Of a stretch of 64,000 nt of DNA, positions 1 through 12,199 are shown in pieces. How positions within the stretch are numbered: the stretch's first letter is position 1; every line of letters begins with the position of its first letter. A program made the position numbers and the translations under genes. The notes under the pieces were generated by a model that saw only the letters and a list, made by a program, of their open reading frames with translations, searched no databases and had not been told where the DNA came from. Where the stretch lies: NCBI GenBank assembly GCA_030704615.1, contig CM060733.1, positions 44,764,001 through 44,828,000 on the forward strand, given 5' to 3'. The DNA is from Takakia lepidozioides. Its lineage: Eukaryota; Plantae; Bryophyta.

Positions 1-147
1 AGCTCACATGTTCCTGATGCGCACCAGAGTCTAAGCTCCAGACACCAAGTTCAAGAAGAGTCGTCATCTTCACAACGATCTTCTCCACCGCTGATTCCAG
101 GTTCTTCCATTGGCACCCCACCGATCGAAGAACTCCCACAGTGTCTG

Positions 148-1566
148 TTGAGCCCTCCCCCGCTGCGCCTCTCAGGTAGGGTTCGAGGTCCCACGCCAGT
201 CACTTCTCCTCCAGGTTTTCCATCCCATTCTCGGCAGCGGCTTCAAGGCAGCCCAACTCCTCTTGATCATGAGCCTCTCCATGTGCCTTCTTCTCCAGTT
301 GTGCAGCCTGCATTGCCGACCCCATCACTCTTACCCCAACAGCAGGCGCCTCTCCCATCAGACTGTACCCCATGCCCAGCTTGCGGTCGTCTTTTTGCGC
401 GCATTAGAGGGCTTGCGCAACACCAGCGCACGTGTGCGGCTCTTCATCAGTCCCACACAAATGGTACTTCTCCATTTCAGCCCAGTGTCTTGCACGCGCC
501 ACCTCCTGCCTCTGCTTGGCATTGGCTTTCAGCGCTAGATGTTCTGGGCGCATTTCAGCTAGGACTGCCAAGGCCTCGTCTTTATACAAGAATTCCGGTG
601 GCACTACGTCATGAGGTTCACCTGGCACTCCGTCTACCCTTAGACATGCTGGCTCGTGATCCTAATGATATACCAGCATGATATCTTTTCTTGTTATTTC
701 CTCAATGGTGTTTGGTTTTGCCCCCTCGTGGCGGTCAGTCAGGGCACAGAGAGACGCGCCTCCGTCTTCGCCGTTTTTTATCTGGAGATTGGAATAGTCT
801 GCAAGATGGGCATCAATTACGGGCACTAGCCCTTGCGGCATGCGCCCCTCCCGCTTCCTCCACGCAGCCACCCTCATCGGCCTACAGGCGACTTCGTCAT
901 AGTCTCATGTTAGGCCGCGTTGGCGAGTACTCACGTGCGGCCAAGGCTTTAGCATCTTTCTCGCCAGCGCCTCCATCACCGGATACTGTCACTGCCCTCG
1001 AAGCCCTTCACCCATCAGCTCAGGATATTCTGTCGCTTTTTGTTGAGGACTTCGAGCCAGACCAGGATCTTAAGCTAGATCGGAAGGTCTTCACTCAGGC
1101 CTTCACGCGCAGTCCCCATCTTGCAGCGGCAGGTCCTTCCGGTCTCTTGTATGAGCACTTACGTGACTGTTTCTCTCCATATGACTCTGCTAGTGGCTTC
1201 TCTCAGCTATTTCAGATTTGCTCCTTTATTGCTGCTGGCCGTATCCCTGCCCCAGTGGCCCGTCTCCTTGGGATCTTCAAATTGTTGGCTATGAGCAAAC
1301 CCTCAGCTACTGGCATCCGACCTATCGCAGTTGGAGAGGTTCTTTACCGCATTGTCAGCCGCTCACCTTGTCTTCAGTTTCGAGATGTCTTCTCCGGACA
1401 TCTCTTTCCGCACCAGTTCGGGGTCGCCACTCCAGGCGGTTGCGAGGCGGTGGTTCAGGGGATTCGTGCAGCTCTTGATCTTCATCTGGATTGGGTGGTT
1501 CTCCAGGTCGACGTCACCAACGCTTTCAACACTGTGTCACGAGTGGCTATCTTTCAGGAGCTCCGT
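148..1566 (+). pseudogene. CRE-like ORF, 5' part (zinc finger + RT N-half) with an in-frame stop at 679-681
   Basis: ORFs 148-681 and 691-1569 are in the same frame separated by one TGA; coding ends at FQELR where the insertion begins. Confidence 0.8.
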
Positions 1567-1585
1567 TAGAGAAATCAAACAATAA

Positions 1586-1930
1586 TGTCGCGGCCCTTTG
1601 CCTTGAGGGCAGGGGGTCGGGATATGTGAGGGGCTGCCCCTGTGGTGGGGGCAGCGGCAGCGATAGGTATGGGGGGTTGAAGCACCCTTGAGTGCCCAAG
1701 GCACTCAAGGAGGCGGAGGCGCTCTCTAGGTGGAGCCCCGCACACCGGGTTGCGGTGTGTCGCGGCCCTTTGCCTTGAGGGCAGGGGGTCGGGACACGTG
1801 AGGGGCTGCCCTTGTGGTGGGGGCAGCGGCAGCGATAGGTATGGGGGGCTGAAGCACCCTTGAGTGCCCAAGGCACTCAAGGAGGCAGAGGCGCTTACTA
1901 GGTGGAGCCCCCGCACACCGGGTTGCGGTG
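1586..1930 (+). repeat. Tandem duplication (2 x ~172 bp) of the LTR 5' end
   Basis: tgtcgcggccctttgccttgagggcagggggtcggga...ccgggttgcggtg at 1586-1757 and 1758-1930, near-identical. Confidence 0.9.
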
Positions 1931-2484
1931 GGGGTGGCTCCACAAGGGGTGGTGGTAGCTTAGCGGGACTTAGTGGGGGTGGCATAGGACTCACCATGGG
2001 GCGGAGACCTCGTGGGGGAGTCGTGGGGAGTCTTGGGACTCATCACGGTCCATAGGGGCCGTGGTGAGTGGGCCAAGACTCACCGTGACTCATCACCGGG
2101 AGTCGAGGGTTTTCGTGGTGGTTCGCCATAAAATGGCATGGCTGGTTGTGAAACCCCCGCGGACAACTACAGAAGTATATATAAGGGGAGTAGTGACCCC
2201 GAGAATGGTGCAAGCCCGTTGGTGACCAAAAACTAGTGAGTAAGCGAGCGAGCCGGAAAGCGACCAAAGAGTGGGGAGCTGTTCCGGACTGCCATTTACC
2301 AAAGGGAATTCCACTAGGCCCAAATAGGTGGAGGGTTTAGTGGGAGAGTGAAGGGGGACCGTTATGTCCCGGTGAGCAGCCGAAGCTCCGAGTTGGCCTG
2401 GCGGCCAGGTTGGGAGTCAGGCGCGCGCATCAGAGCGAGTAACTATGACTTGAAGGGGAGCTTACCGAAGTGAGGTGCGCGACA
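1586..2484. mobile_element. Solo LTR with 5-bp target-site duplication AATAA
   Basis: Inverted termini TGTCGCG...CGCGACA; AATAA at 1581-1585 and 2485-2489; TATATAAGG box near 2177; no internal coding domains. Confidence 0.85.
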
Positions 2485-2787
2485 AATAAAGTAGAAGATG
2501 GAGACATGGAACACAAACCTTACCTGGAGAGAGAGCGAGCTGGATGAGTTGTAGAGACACTTAGGGCTACAGCCCATGGGTGGAACCGGAACAATAACCG
2601 CTTTGGAGTCCCCAAACCCGGTTCCCACACATGTGGTCGTAGCTGGAACCGCCGGTTCCGGTTCCCACGCAATCCCCAATTTCCAGTTTCGGTTCTGCAC
2701 AGGCGGGTCCGGTTCCGGTCCGGTTCCACATAACCGGAACCGGAACCGGCGGTTACCCGGGCCCAGACGAATAACCGCCCAACACTG

Positions 2788-4554
2788 GTTGGGACCCGCC
2801 AAGGCGACCCTTTAGGAGGACCTTTGTTTGCCATGGCTCATGTCCGCGCCCTCACGGCTTCTACACAAGTTCACTCATCTTGTCTTTTTCCGTCGGTGGC
2901 AGACGACACGCACATTGTAGGCCTTGCCTCACAGGTAATTTCCGCTTACTATCATTTTGTCACCCAACTCTCTGCCATGGGCCTTTCAATGCAATCTCGC
3001 AAATGTGCGGTGTGGTCTCCGTCCGGTCTTCTTGCAGATTTTGTCCTCCATGCTCACTTCATTGCTCTGCCCAATGGCATCAGAATCCTGGGAGTCCCTT
3101 TTGGCACCACCCAGTTCACAACGTCCTTCTTGGAAGATGCACTCCACCAGGATGCCACCCACGCCGATCTCCTTCCTAGGCTCGGAGATGTACAGGTAGC
3201 ATATGGAATCTTGACCAAATGTTTCCTTCAGCGTCCCTCATATCTCTTGCGCACTGTTCCACCCAGCCCAGATTTCCTACACCTCTTATCTGGGTTTGAT
3301 ACTACCATGATGACTATCTTCGGGAGATTGTTAGGACCAGGAGCTCTGGAGGGTGCTCAGGGACTTTTTCCACGACAGCGGCTACCTTGCCTGTCTCTTC
3401 CGGTGGTGTGGGTCTTTTGTCCACTGTCACTACCGCCCCGTCAGCTTTCCTCGGCAGTTGGGCATTGGTGGCGCCAGCCCCTCGCTTCACGATTTCTCTG
3501 TGACCATCGTCCCATCCTTATGGACGTCATTGCATATGTCGACAGTGGCATTTTACCCTTCCAGCAGCATCTCCGCCTGCACGAGATCTTCTTCCGGCAC
3601 CGGCGCGAGCATGTCTACCACCATTTGAGCAGTTGGTTGCTCAAGGCCTCAACCATCTTCAGGAGTCCATTTCCGAGCGCGTGCACGGTCATTCATTTTC
3701 CGACATGCTCTCAAGTGCTTCTTCTGAGTTGCATCGAGCCCGACTTCTATCATGCGCAGGAGCTGGAGCAGGGGCATGGTTGACAGCACGACCCACTATC
3801 GCACATTTTTGCCTCTCATCCCCTATTTTCACTACTGCGCTCCGCCTTCGACTCAGTTTGCCTCATCCTTCGGCATTGGGCCTTCAGCGCTGCATCTGTC
3901 TTCAGCCCATCGATGACCTTGCCAACCATCTCCTCCGCTGTCCATGTGGTGGTGAGCGCACTGCGTCTCATGATATGGTTCGCGATGCGGTGACATCTAT
4001 TGCTCGGAGGCAGGGTATCATGTACTGCGTGAGCAACCACATCTACGACCCACACTCACGTCCCACTCTACACGCCGCCGTATTGACATCGTCCTACCTA
4101 GAGATGGTTTGCGTACCTTAGCAGATGTCGTTCTCGCCGACCCCACTCGAGCGGATCTGCTATCTCGCGCAGCTACAACACCAGGCACGGCAGCCACTGT
4201 AGCAGCCCAGGCCAAGGAACGCGATTACAGCGATCGTCACCCCACCGACACATTTCTTCCATTGGCGGTCGAAATATTTGGCTCATTGCACCGACACTTC
4301 GACGATTTCCTGCGGACATGTGCACATCATGTAGCCAAGAGCGGGGCACTGGCATCCCACATGCCTCCGTCCTTGTCGCCTACTATCGACAACGTGTTTC
4401 AGTTGCTTTGCAGAGAGCACAAGCCATCTCTATTTTGCATCGGGCTGATGTGGCTAGCTCCGCGTCATCTCGTCTTCCGCCTCTGCCTGACACTTTGCCT
4501 ATCTCTTTGCCTGATCTCCTCCAGACTGTTGGCTGGGAGGGTCGCTCTGCTTGA
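2788..4554 (+). pseudogene. CRE-like ORF, 3' part (RT C-half, CCHC knuckle, REL endonuclease), several frameshifts
   Basis: VGTRQGDPLGGPLFAMAH in frame with ORF 2824-3783; continues through frames of ORFs 3633-4121, 4109-4558, 4318-4554 (RQRVSVALQRAQA). Confidence 0.8.
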
Positions 4555-5036
4555 GTAGTTTACTATAGCTTCTGTTTTCGTCGCTGGTTGAGTAGTTTAC
4601 TATAGCTTTTGTTTTTTTCTCTAGCTGAGTAGCTAGCTTTTGTTTTTCTTCTCTTGTTTCTTGTTCCTCTCCCCTTTGGGAACTTCACATCATATGCACG
4701 TTCACCCATTGTTACATGTTGTAAATAAAGTCTTACAGGTTTCATCATTTGTTTGTCTCCAGTAGCAATTAGTTTTTCAGATCATGAAGGTCCGTTTTCA
4801 ATCAGTCTCATGACACATCTACTGGTCGCCGAGGACGCTTCGATCAGCGTAGTCAGATACGTAAAGCTCAATAAATAGTAAAGGACATTTCTTAAAGGAG
4901 CCATTGTGGGTTTGTCTACCTTAGTAAATTACAAGAGAGGCAGGGGAATGTAAACAAGGAAGACACGGGAGTGGAACATGGAAGGGTGTTGGAGAGAATG
5001 TTCTTGTGGCAGCAAGGTGTGAGGGAGTCGGGAGAC

Positions 5037-8000
5037 ATGGGGGTGGGAGGTGGATTCTGGGACGAGTTGCGGCCATTCAAGAAATGCGAGGGGCTTGAAT
5101 GGTTGCGGGACAAAAAGCTAGAAATTGATCTGTCCTACTGGATAGTGCAGCAGCAAACAGCTCTCAAAGGGAGAGCGCGCAAACCCCACCTGCGTATTCT
5201 ATTCTTCCGAGTTGTCAACTTGGGGGCACGGGTGAGTTGCATCTCAAGAACTCCATCCGGGATTTTTATAACATCTGAGGTAGAGCTTTATTCGGCAATT
5301 CCATGTGTGTTTTAAAGATAGAGAATGTACTCTCTGTACTCTTTGACCGGTATTCCTACAGGGAGAGAGATCCAACAACTTCCACTCTTGAAAGTAAGAA
5401 ATAGGGATCATTGCAGGTTCGTACGTTCTTACAGCCAATTTGTTTTATTTCCAATATTTTTGGGCTTCAATCTTGACATTATATTTTTGGGCTGTAGGTG
5501 GGGGCACTACCAGTGTTCATTGTCGATGGAAGCCCTCCTCCATTGAAACTGCATGCTCGTATGGAGAGGTTCAGTCGCATGCTGAACATTCCTCTCTCTC
5601 TTGACCCACAGGAACTGTCCTCGTCAGAATCCAGCAATTGTCGCAACAGTTTTTTCCAACAGTGCATTGAAGAGTGCATTGTGCGTGGTTGGCCATGCTT
5701 TCTTGATCTTATGGGGCTTTCTCATTCTACAAGGCTACGTTATAGAGTTCCGATCATAATGATATATCATAACTCATGTTTCAACGATGGCTTTTATACC
5801 TGCATTGTCTGCAATTCAGTGGCTTTTCTTGAGCCAGTGGTCGTTTTCAAAATTTCTTCATTGATTCAGAGACAGAATATGATGAGAAGTTGTTTGCCAT
5901 AGCCTTGTGGCCGTAGACCCAGTGCCCAGTTTGGGCAGAACAACAGTGAACAGACAACAGACAGTACCTTTGTGAGGGGCTCACTCCAGTAGTGGGACTT
6001 ACCTTAGGTATAAACAATTGGTTTGAGCTTTCCAATTTCCTCTAGACTCCCCTTCACACAAGCATCAATCTGCTGTGTAAGCTGCCCAGCAGTTAGAAAG
6101 TTTGTGAACAGAGGTGCAGGGACTATGTTCTTGATGGTCCTGAAGAGGGTCACTCTCTGATGAGAATACCCCAACATTGTATCAGAAAATAGACCCACCG
6201 CCCTCAGTTTATATTCCAGTCTAATGCCGAGGGTAGGTAGGCCTTCAGATCATCCCCAAGGTCCTCACCCATGAACTAGACACAAGTTCAAGGAACTTCT
6301 GTTATTGATTCAGAGACAGATTTAATTATTTTGTTGAGATTCATAGGACTCCCTTTTACTCCTTTGTTATTACTTCACACAACGGTTAACGAAGTGGTTA
6401 AGTGTGCATGTGACTGGTATCACAGGAACTTTTGGACTTGCTAGGGATGCCAGTTTTTCGAGCCAAATGGGAAGCAGAGGGGCTGTGTGCTGAGCTGGAC
6501 AGAGAGGGTTGGGTGGATGCGTGTGTCACCCCTGACAGTGACGCATTTTGCTATGGGGCCAAGTGCATTATCAAGTATTTGCAAGCTGATTTTAGGGTGT
6601 GTGCTTGTGGCATCTGTGATGTTTGAGCCATCCTGTGAGACTATTATCATCTGTGTATTGTCAAGTACCATCATAGGTGTTTCAGCAAGTGTGCAGAGAT
6701 GCCTCTGATCCCTTCTCTCTCTCTTCGTTTTTTCTCTGTTCACCCACACCCAATTCACCCTCTCCCTCTCCGGAGCATGTCTATTGTGGATTGATGCAAG
6801 TCTGCTGCTCTGACATTTTTCTTCTGTAACTTGGAATATGAACAGAACCCTTTGGTTGAAGCCTACAGAACCACAGACATTGAGACGACACTGGGGCTGC
6901 GAAGACAACATTTTGTGGCACTAGCCCTTTTGATTGGTTCTGATTATGATGCCAAGGGGGTCCCAGGCATTGGCTGCAGCAATGCCATCCGTCTTGTCCG
7001 CTCCTTTTCAGAGACAGAGATTCTAGATAGGTCTGATACTTTCTCTTCATGTTAGTGGGGTATTAGGACTAGGAGGATCCGAAAACAAAATAAAATTTGC
7101 ACTGAAATGCTTACTTTCACATATGGCACACAAAGACGGCAATTTTTGGTTTTTCTCTCTTCCAATAATTTTCCAATTTGTTGTTCATATGTGCTTGTAC
7201 ACGTGTGTATAATACTACCTCTTGAATCAGGCTGCGGGGATGGGGACAGGGTGAATGCCCTCCGAAAGCTGAAATGGAAGTAGAGAGGACCAGCAGTGAC
7301 CAATCAGAAGGCGAGCGACATCAAGATGACACATATTCAAATAGGTGCTACAATTTGGGGACCTCACCTGGCACGGGGATCCAGGCAAAGAGAAGGCCTG
7401 TCCATTGTTCCACTTGTGGACATCCTGGTACCAAGAGAGAGCATGGTATTTCTGGGTGCCATTTTTGTGGGAGTTTTGAGGGATGGGTGGCGGAGGACTG
7501 TAAGCAGGGCTGTAGGAAGAAGACAAAAGGCTTCCAATGCACATGCAAGGTTTGCAATAAGGTGTGTGAGAATTAGTGATACTCTTTTATCGTGGGGGTT
7601 AATACTCAAGCAAAGGAGAGGATGGAAAGGAAAGGAAGTCTAGCATTCAGAAAGTTATAGAGCATAGAGCTCAGTCAAGGGGCCAATGGACACGTGTAAG
7701 AAGATGTGTAAAGAGATCAGGTTTCTAGCCAGGTCAAGTGTGCATATTTGCTTAATACCATTTTCTTTCGCAGAAGCGGAAGTCAAAAAAGAGGAGAAAG
7801 CAACAAGATTGGTGGGGAAAATACTGTAGTAAGATTGCTACAACTGCTGGGTTTCCTGACGAACGCATAATCAACATATTCCTGCGACCTGTGAGCAATT
7901 TGGCAGGTGGGTCACTCTCCCCTGACAGTGTTCTCACCATAGAGAGAGAGAGAGAGAGGTGGAAACTATAGTACTGCAGCCACTTTCCGTCTTTGAGAAA

Positions 8001-9394
8001 GAAGAGCAGCTAAAGAGGGAGGATGTAGCAAACCTCTGCAACGTTTACTCAGCAGTGAAAGGTCTGTTTCTCTCTCTCACAGTATCTTTTCACTCAACTC
8101 TGACTCTGCATCAGGGAGCTGTCTTTATGCTGCAGATTGTGATAATCTTGCCTCATCATTACAGTGGCGCACCCCAAACATGGAAGGGCTGGAGGATTTT
8201 CTTGCCATACACTTGGCTTGGGATCCCCCATATCTGCACCAAAAGATTTTGCCTCTGCTCTCACTCCTCTGTCTAAAACACTTGGCTGCCAGGCACCAGA
8301 CAGACCACCATATCCCGTCCGCACAGTGGGTTCAGCTGGTGATGAAATGGGCTGCAGATTGGTTGCAGCCGGGAATCATTCAGGCCATGACCATAATTCT
8401 TATGTGATTGGACCCCTGAAGGAGTTAACCAATGGACATTACTACCCGCACTCAATTCAACGCATCAAAATTGATCACTCCAAGCAGTTCTATATGCTGA
8501 GATGGCAATGTATAGGGGCCCTAAGCACAGTGGATGACTGGTTAGGCCAGAAAATCCAGAATAAGAGTCCATCAGCATTGAGAAACAGTCAAGCAACAGA
8601 AGGGGATGGGCTTCTAGACGGAGCTGCTGAAGGGAGCCTGGTGAAGATTGAAACTGGAGATGGAGGTAGTAAATGGTTTATAACAAATGAGGACATGGAG
8701 TTGGTTAAAGCTGCATGCCCAAAGTTGGTGGAGGCATTTGAACAAGAGCAGGTGAGCAAAGACAGTTTGCCCTGAGTGTCATTCATTTTCATTCTTTTGC
8801 CTGATCCAGTGGATAGATTGTTTCATGGAATTCTGATGTATAAGCAAGTTTTGTTGTGTCCAGGCTGTAAAGAAGGAGAAGGCCAAAAAGAAGGGGTCGA
8901 AACGGAAAAAAGACAGCAGTGGACATCAGCTCAGCATTAAATCCTTCTTCAAGTCCAACAAAGCAGGGACCAGGACCATGCCACTGGAATATACTGAAAA
9001 GGTGGAGTCCAAATGGCAGGATTTTGGGTCTGAAGCATGCCTGAAACAGAGTTCCCATGTAGGCCAGTGGGACCTGGAAGAGATTGGCCATGTGTCCACC
9101 ACCCCCGTGACAGACCATTTGTGTGCCCAAAGAAAAACTTCAGAATATTCTGAAAAGGTCGATTCACTTTGGGAGGATGTTGGATCTGGAACCTGGATAC
9201 GACAAAGTCCCAATGATGGTCAGTCTGAGAGGGGAAAGAGTCCAGAGTCCCATCACGCCACCCCGGTGACACGCCGTTTGCATGAGTTAGGAGAAGCTTC
9301 TGAAAGAGCTGGGGACAGTCTCTCTCCAGCCAAGACGTCCCTGACACCCATGCGAGCCCCTGTTAGAAGAAGCCTTTTTTGGAGCTCACATTGA
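5037..9394 (+). CDS. GEN1: Flap endonuclease GEN-like 1 / Holliday junction resolvase (XPG/Rad2 family); exons approx. 5037-5231, 5498-5680, 6426-6596, 6846-7030, 7231-7561, 7774-7906, 8136-8751, 8864-9394
   Basis: MGVGGGFWDELRP..IDLSYWIVQ..KPHLR..FFR (XPG-N), PVFIVDG, EAEGLCA..TPDSDAFCYGA (XPG-I), LLIGSDYDAKGVPGIG (H3TH), Cys/His insert, chromo-like HSIQRIKI..YMLRW, PIP-like QLSIKSFF, terminal VRRSLF; GT-AG junctions keep phase except one frame change inside exon 7. Confidence 0.92.
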
Positions 9395-9827
9395 CCTGAG
9401 ACGGTGAAATGATTGAAGTTAGGGCAAGAGGTTAGGATGATGGTGTGCTCCCACCCCGTTCCTGGATTTTTAAAGATGGGTTGCAACCAAAAATTCCCCT
9501 TGCTGCAAGGGGCATCTGGACGACTTTTGAAGCTTGGGACCTTGCACTGCGGTTGAGCTTCCATCCAGGCCAAGCCAGCCTTTCCACAAAACAGTTCTTG
9601 GCTAGGAAAGATCCAGTGGGTAGGGAATTGTACCGATGGGTAAAGAGCGTCTGAGGAATACAAGGGCGTTGCCTCAAGATCCCGTTGGTTGAGGAGGGTG
9701 AACCAACAGATTGTGGAGTGTGTTGGGATTGCTTGAGATCGCACAGAGCTATGTGGAGCTTCCATGGCTCCCCTGCTTGCACTTGTAGTCCGCTAGCAGA
9801 CATTAGGAAGTGAACGACGGAGCAGCA

Positions 9828-10655
9828 TGTATCCCTTCTCTGCTGCTTGTCTTGTGGTTGATCCCCTGCCATTCACTCTGGCGCCGTTTCCACCTCATGT
9901 GGGTCATCGACAACGGCAGGCCCTGTGCTCAAGCCTCACAATCGCTCGTTTGTGTATCGACATGATCTGTTGACATCGACAATCTGGCCATCTGGAGTTG
10001 CAAGGTGCCAGGCCATGGTTACAGATGCCTGCAATCTGGCAGGATAGAAGAAAACAAAGTGCTGGGCATGCCAAGCATCTTCTCCTGGAGCGATTCATCC
10101 CGGGCCATGGATTACAAGTACCTTTTGGGTGCTTCCCTTGCAGCTCGTGTGGGATGCTTCGCCCCCATGGCCCTGCACCTCTGATGATCATGATCACAGC
10201 ACTCCTGATGACAAACAACCCAAGTCACAGATAGAATGTTCTAATGTTGGGACAGAGCCGGAGCATGAACATGCACAGCTTCATGACCATGGGACTAGAT
10301 CTGCATTCACACACCAGTGAGGCAGGACACAAGCACACTGATGAATGAAGACAGCATGAGCACCAGCAGGAATCTCATAATCATAAGCATTCGTCAGATG
10401 AGCAACATGCATTCTTATGCATCACATCAACATCGTGCGCATTGACATTCGCACACAAAGAAATTAAATGGCGTCCACTGTACGTTTGACACAAGTGCAT
10501 GGGTTGTCAAAAATTGCTGCTGCATGGCGGGAAAATTTAATTGTCTGCTGTATCATGGTGCTCCTCTTGCTGGGCGCAACTCTTCCCTTCATTTTGCCGA
10601 AGCAGTTGGCTGCCTCCGTCCAGTCTCTTCTTGTTATATCATGCCCTCCCTTTCA
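9828..10655 (+). pseudogene. HMA1: 5' fragment of an HMA1-like (P1B-4) heavy-metal ATPase: His-rich N-terminus and first TM segments, frameshifted and truncated
   Basis: His-rich tract (HDHS..HEHAQLHDH..HNHKH) followed by KIAAAWRENLIVCCIMVLLLLGATLPFILPKQLAASVQSLLVI, resembling plant HMA1 (LANYLREHLHLCC..FLAAAVCPY..LQN); no downstream ATPase exons seen. Confidence 0.6.
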
Positions 10656-12124
10656 CAGAAGTATTGGTTCTTCTTCTTTCTTCTCCTTCCGAGTCAGAAG
10701 ATTCTACTGTCAGGATTCTTTTATCTTCTGCAGTTCTTTAGTAGAATTTGTCACTTCTTTGTGTAATTCCTTAGCTTTACTCCTCATCACTACCAGAGGA
10801 CCCACCTCTGACATGCAACATGGCATCACCATCTGAGTTGCCACCACTGTGCCCACAATCATGGGATTCCATATCTCATTGTGGTGTTTTATCCAAATGG
10901 GACATGCTAACTTGCAATGTCCTGGTTGGTTGCTCTTCTCAATGGGTCCTCGCCTTTGTTTTCTTGTAGGATTATTCATATAATCCTGATTCCCTTGCTA
11001 GTAATTCCCTCTTGGATTACCCTGATAGTTCCTCCCACTCATTCTTACAATTTGCATATACATCCATAGGATAGCCATTTAATTTTTTCTGTGTTTTGGT
11101 TTGCATGGTACTAAGGCTAAGGAGGTGTCTCCTTCAAAGATCCATGCCGTCTCAAGGCATGCAGCCCCAGCCATCCTCCCAGAGGCGCCTAAACATGCAG
11201 CCCCAGTTGCACCATGGAAGGTACATATCTACACCTTCTTGGTTTCTTCCTTTGCCTTTCCTAAGCTTCCGACACTGATTGGGGTTTGGGATTGGGTGTG
11301 CAGAAGTTCGAAATGGTGTACCTCATGCACCCTAAAAATAAAAGAAGACAAGCAGCATTGGCAGAGATCACATGATTTCTTGGCAAGGATAAGTTCCATG
11401 GCAAAGACATAGAGGAGGTATTCTTGAAGGTAATGTGAAGAGAGTTTTACTTCCAAATGTGAATTTGCATGTTCCTAATTACAACGATCATCCTCCTCAA
11501 ATCATCCTAAAACATTTGAGGGCTGGGTTCATGTTATGGCCTAAGAAGAGCGTGAAGAGATGTCTGCCCCTGCCACGTCGGATATATTTACGTTGGATTT
11601 ATCGAGTCATTACTGTTACTTGTCTGTTCTCGGGACAACTCATGTCTTTAATTACTCAGATGTCCGTTGAAACTTGTCCGTAATTACTGTAGTCATTTAG
11701 TCATAAAAATAGTGGGAAAAGACAAGATTTCTTTTTCTTTGCCGTTCCCGGGGTTACTAATACTCCCTCTTGTTGCCGCTGCCCCCACCACAGGAGCAGC
11801 CCCTCTTGTGTCCCGACATGCCTAATTGTAACTTTTGTTTTGGTCTGGCAAATAATTTTGGTCATCTCTTCTTCCATAACTAATAGAGCCCGACTAGCTT
11901 CTGCTACAAATCCTACTTAATACTTCTGTACTTGGGAATTGTATAACACATATAGCATGAATGTTATTCCGTGAGCCTAGATGTGTGAGCTTGAGAGCTG
12001 TGAGCTTGTATTCGTGAGCATCAGACAGTAGACCACAAAAGATTAATACTTATTTTATTTAGTTTAAAATGTCATTTTATCTCATTTCAATAAAAATTTA
12101 TCTAGGATATTTAAACTGATGTAA

Positions 12125-12127
<3 letters not shown>

Positions 12128-12157
<30 letters not shown>
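12128..12157. repeat. (TA)n microsatellite
   Basis: Run of TA dinucleotides. Confidence 0.9.
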
Positions 12158-12164
<7 letters not shown>

Positions 12165-12199
12165 TATTCAGATTCAAAACTGATATCAACACTGTTGAC

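Larger units (their letters stand above)
1567..2787 (-). mobile_element. Single end of a hAT-like DNA transposon (host of the solo LTR)
   Basis: Terminus reads CAGTGTTGGGCGG on the - strand at 2787, with dense GGAACCGG/CCGGTTCC subterminal repeats at 2580-2760; other TIR not found. Confidence 0.6.
1..4750 (+). mobile_element. CRE-clade-like (early-branching, REL-endonuclease) non-LTR retrotransposon, degenerate and interrupted; 5' end lies outside the window
   Basis: N-terminal C2HC zinc finger CPACGRLFARIRGLAQHQRTC; RT motifs RPIAVGEVLYRIVSR, QFGVATPGGCE, DVTNAFN, GTRQGDPLGG (2788-2823) and VADD; C-terminal CxC..H..C knuckle (CICLQPIDDLANHLLRC) and REL nuclease motifs (RRRIDIV..ADVVLADP..AKERDY..FLPLAVEIFG); T-rich 3' UTR with AATAAA near 4725. 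Confidence 0.85.

Noticed and set aside
1547-2834. Pro/Gly-rich ORFs in the solo LTR and hAT end
   Set aside because: By-products of GC-rich repeats
11096-11432. Two exon-like pieces with GT-AG boundaries
   Set aside because: Contains a stop codon and the product is unrecognisable; not enough support to annotate
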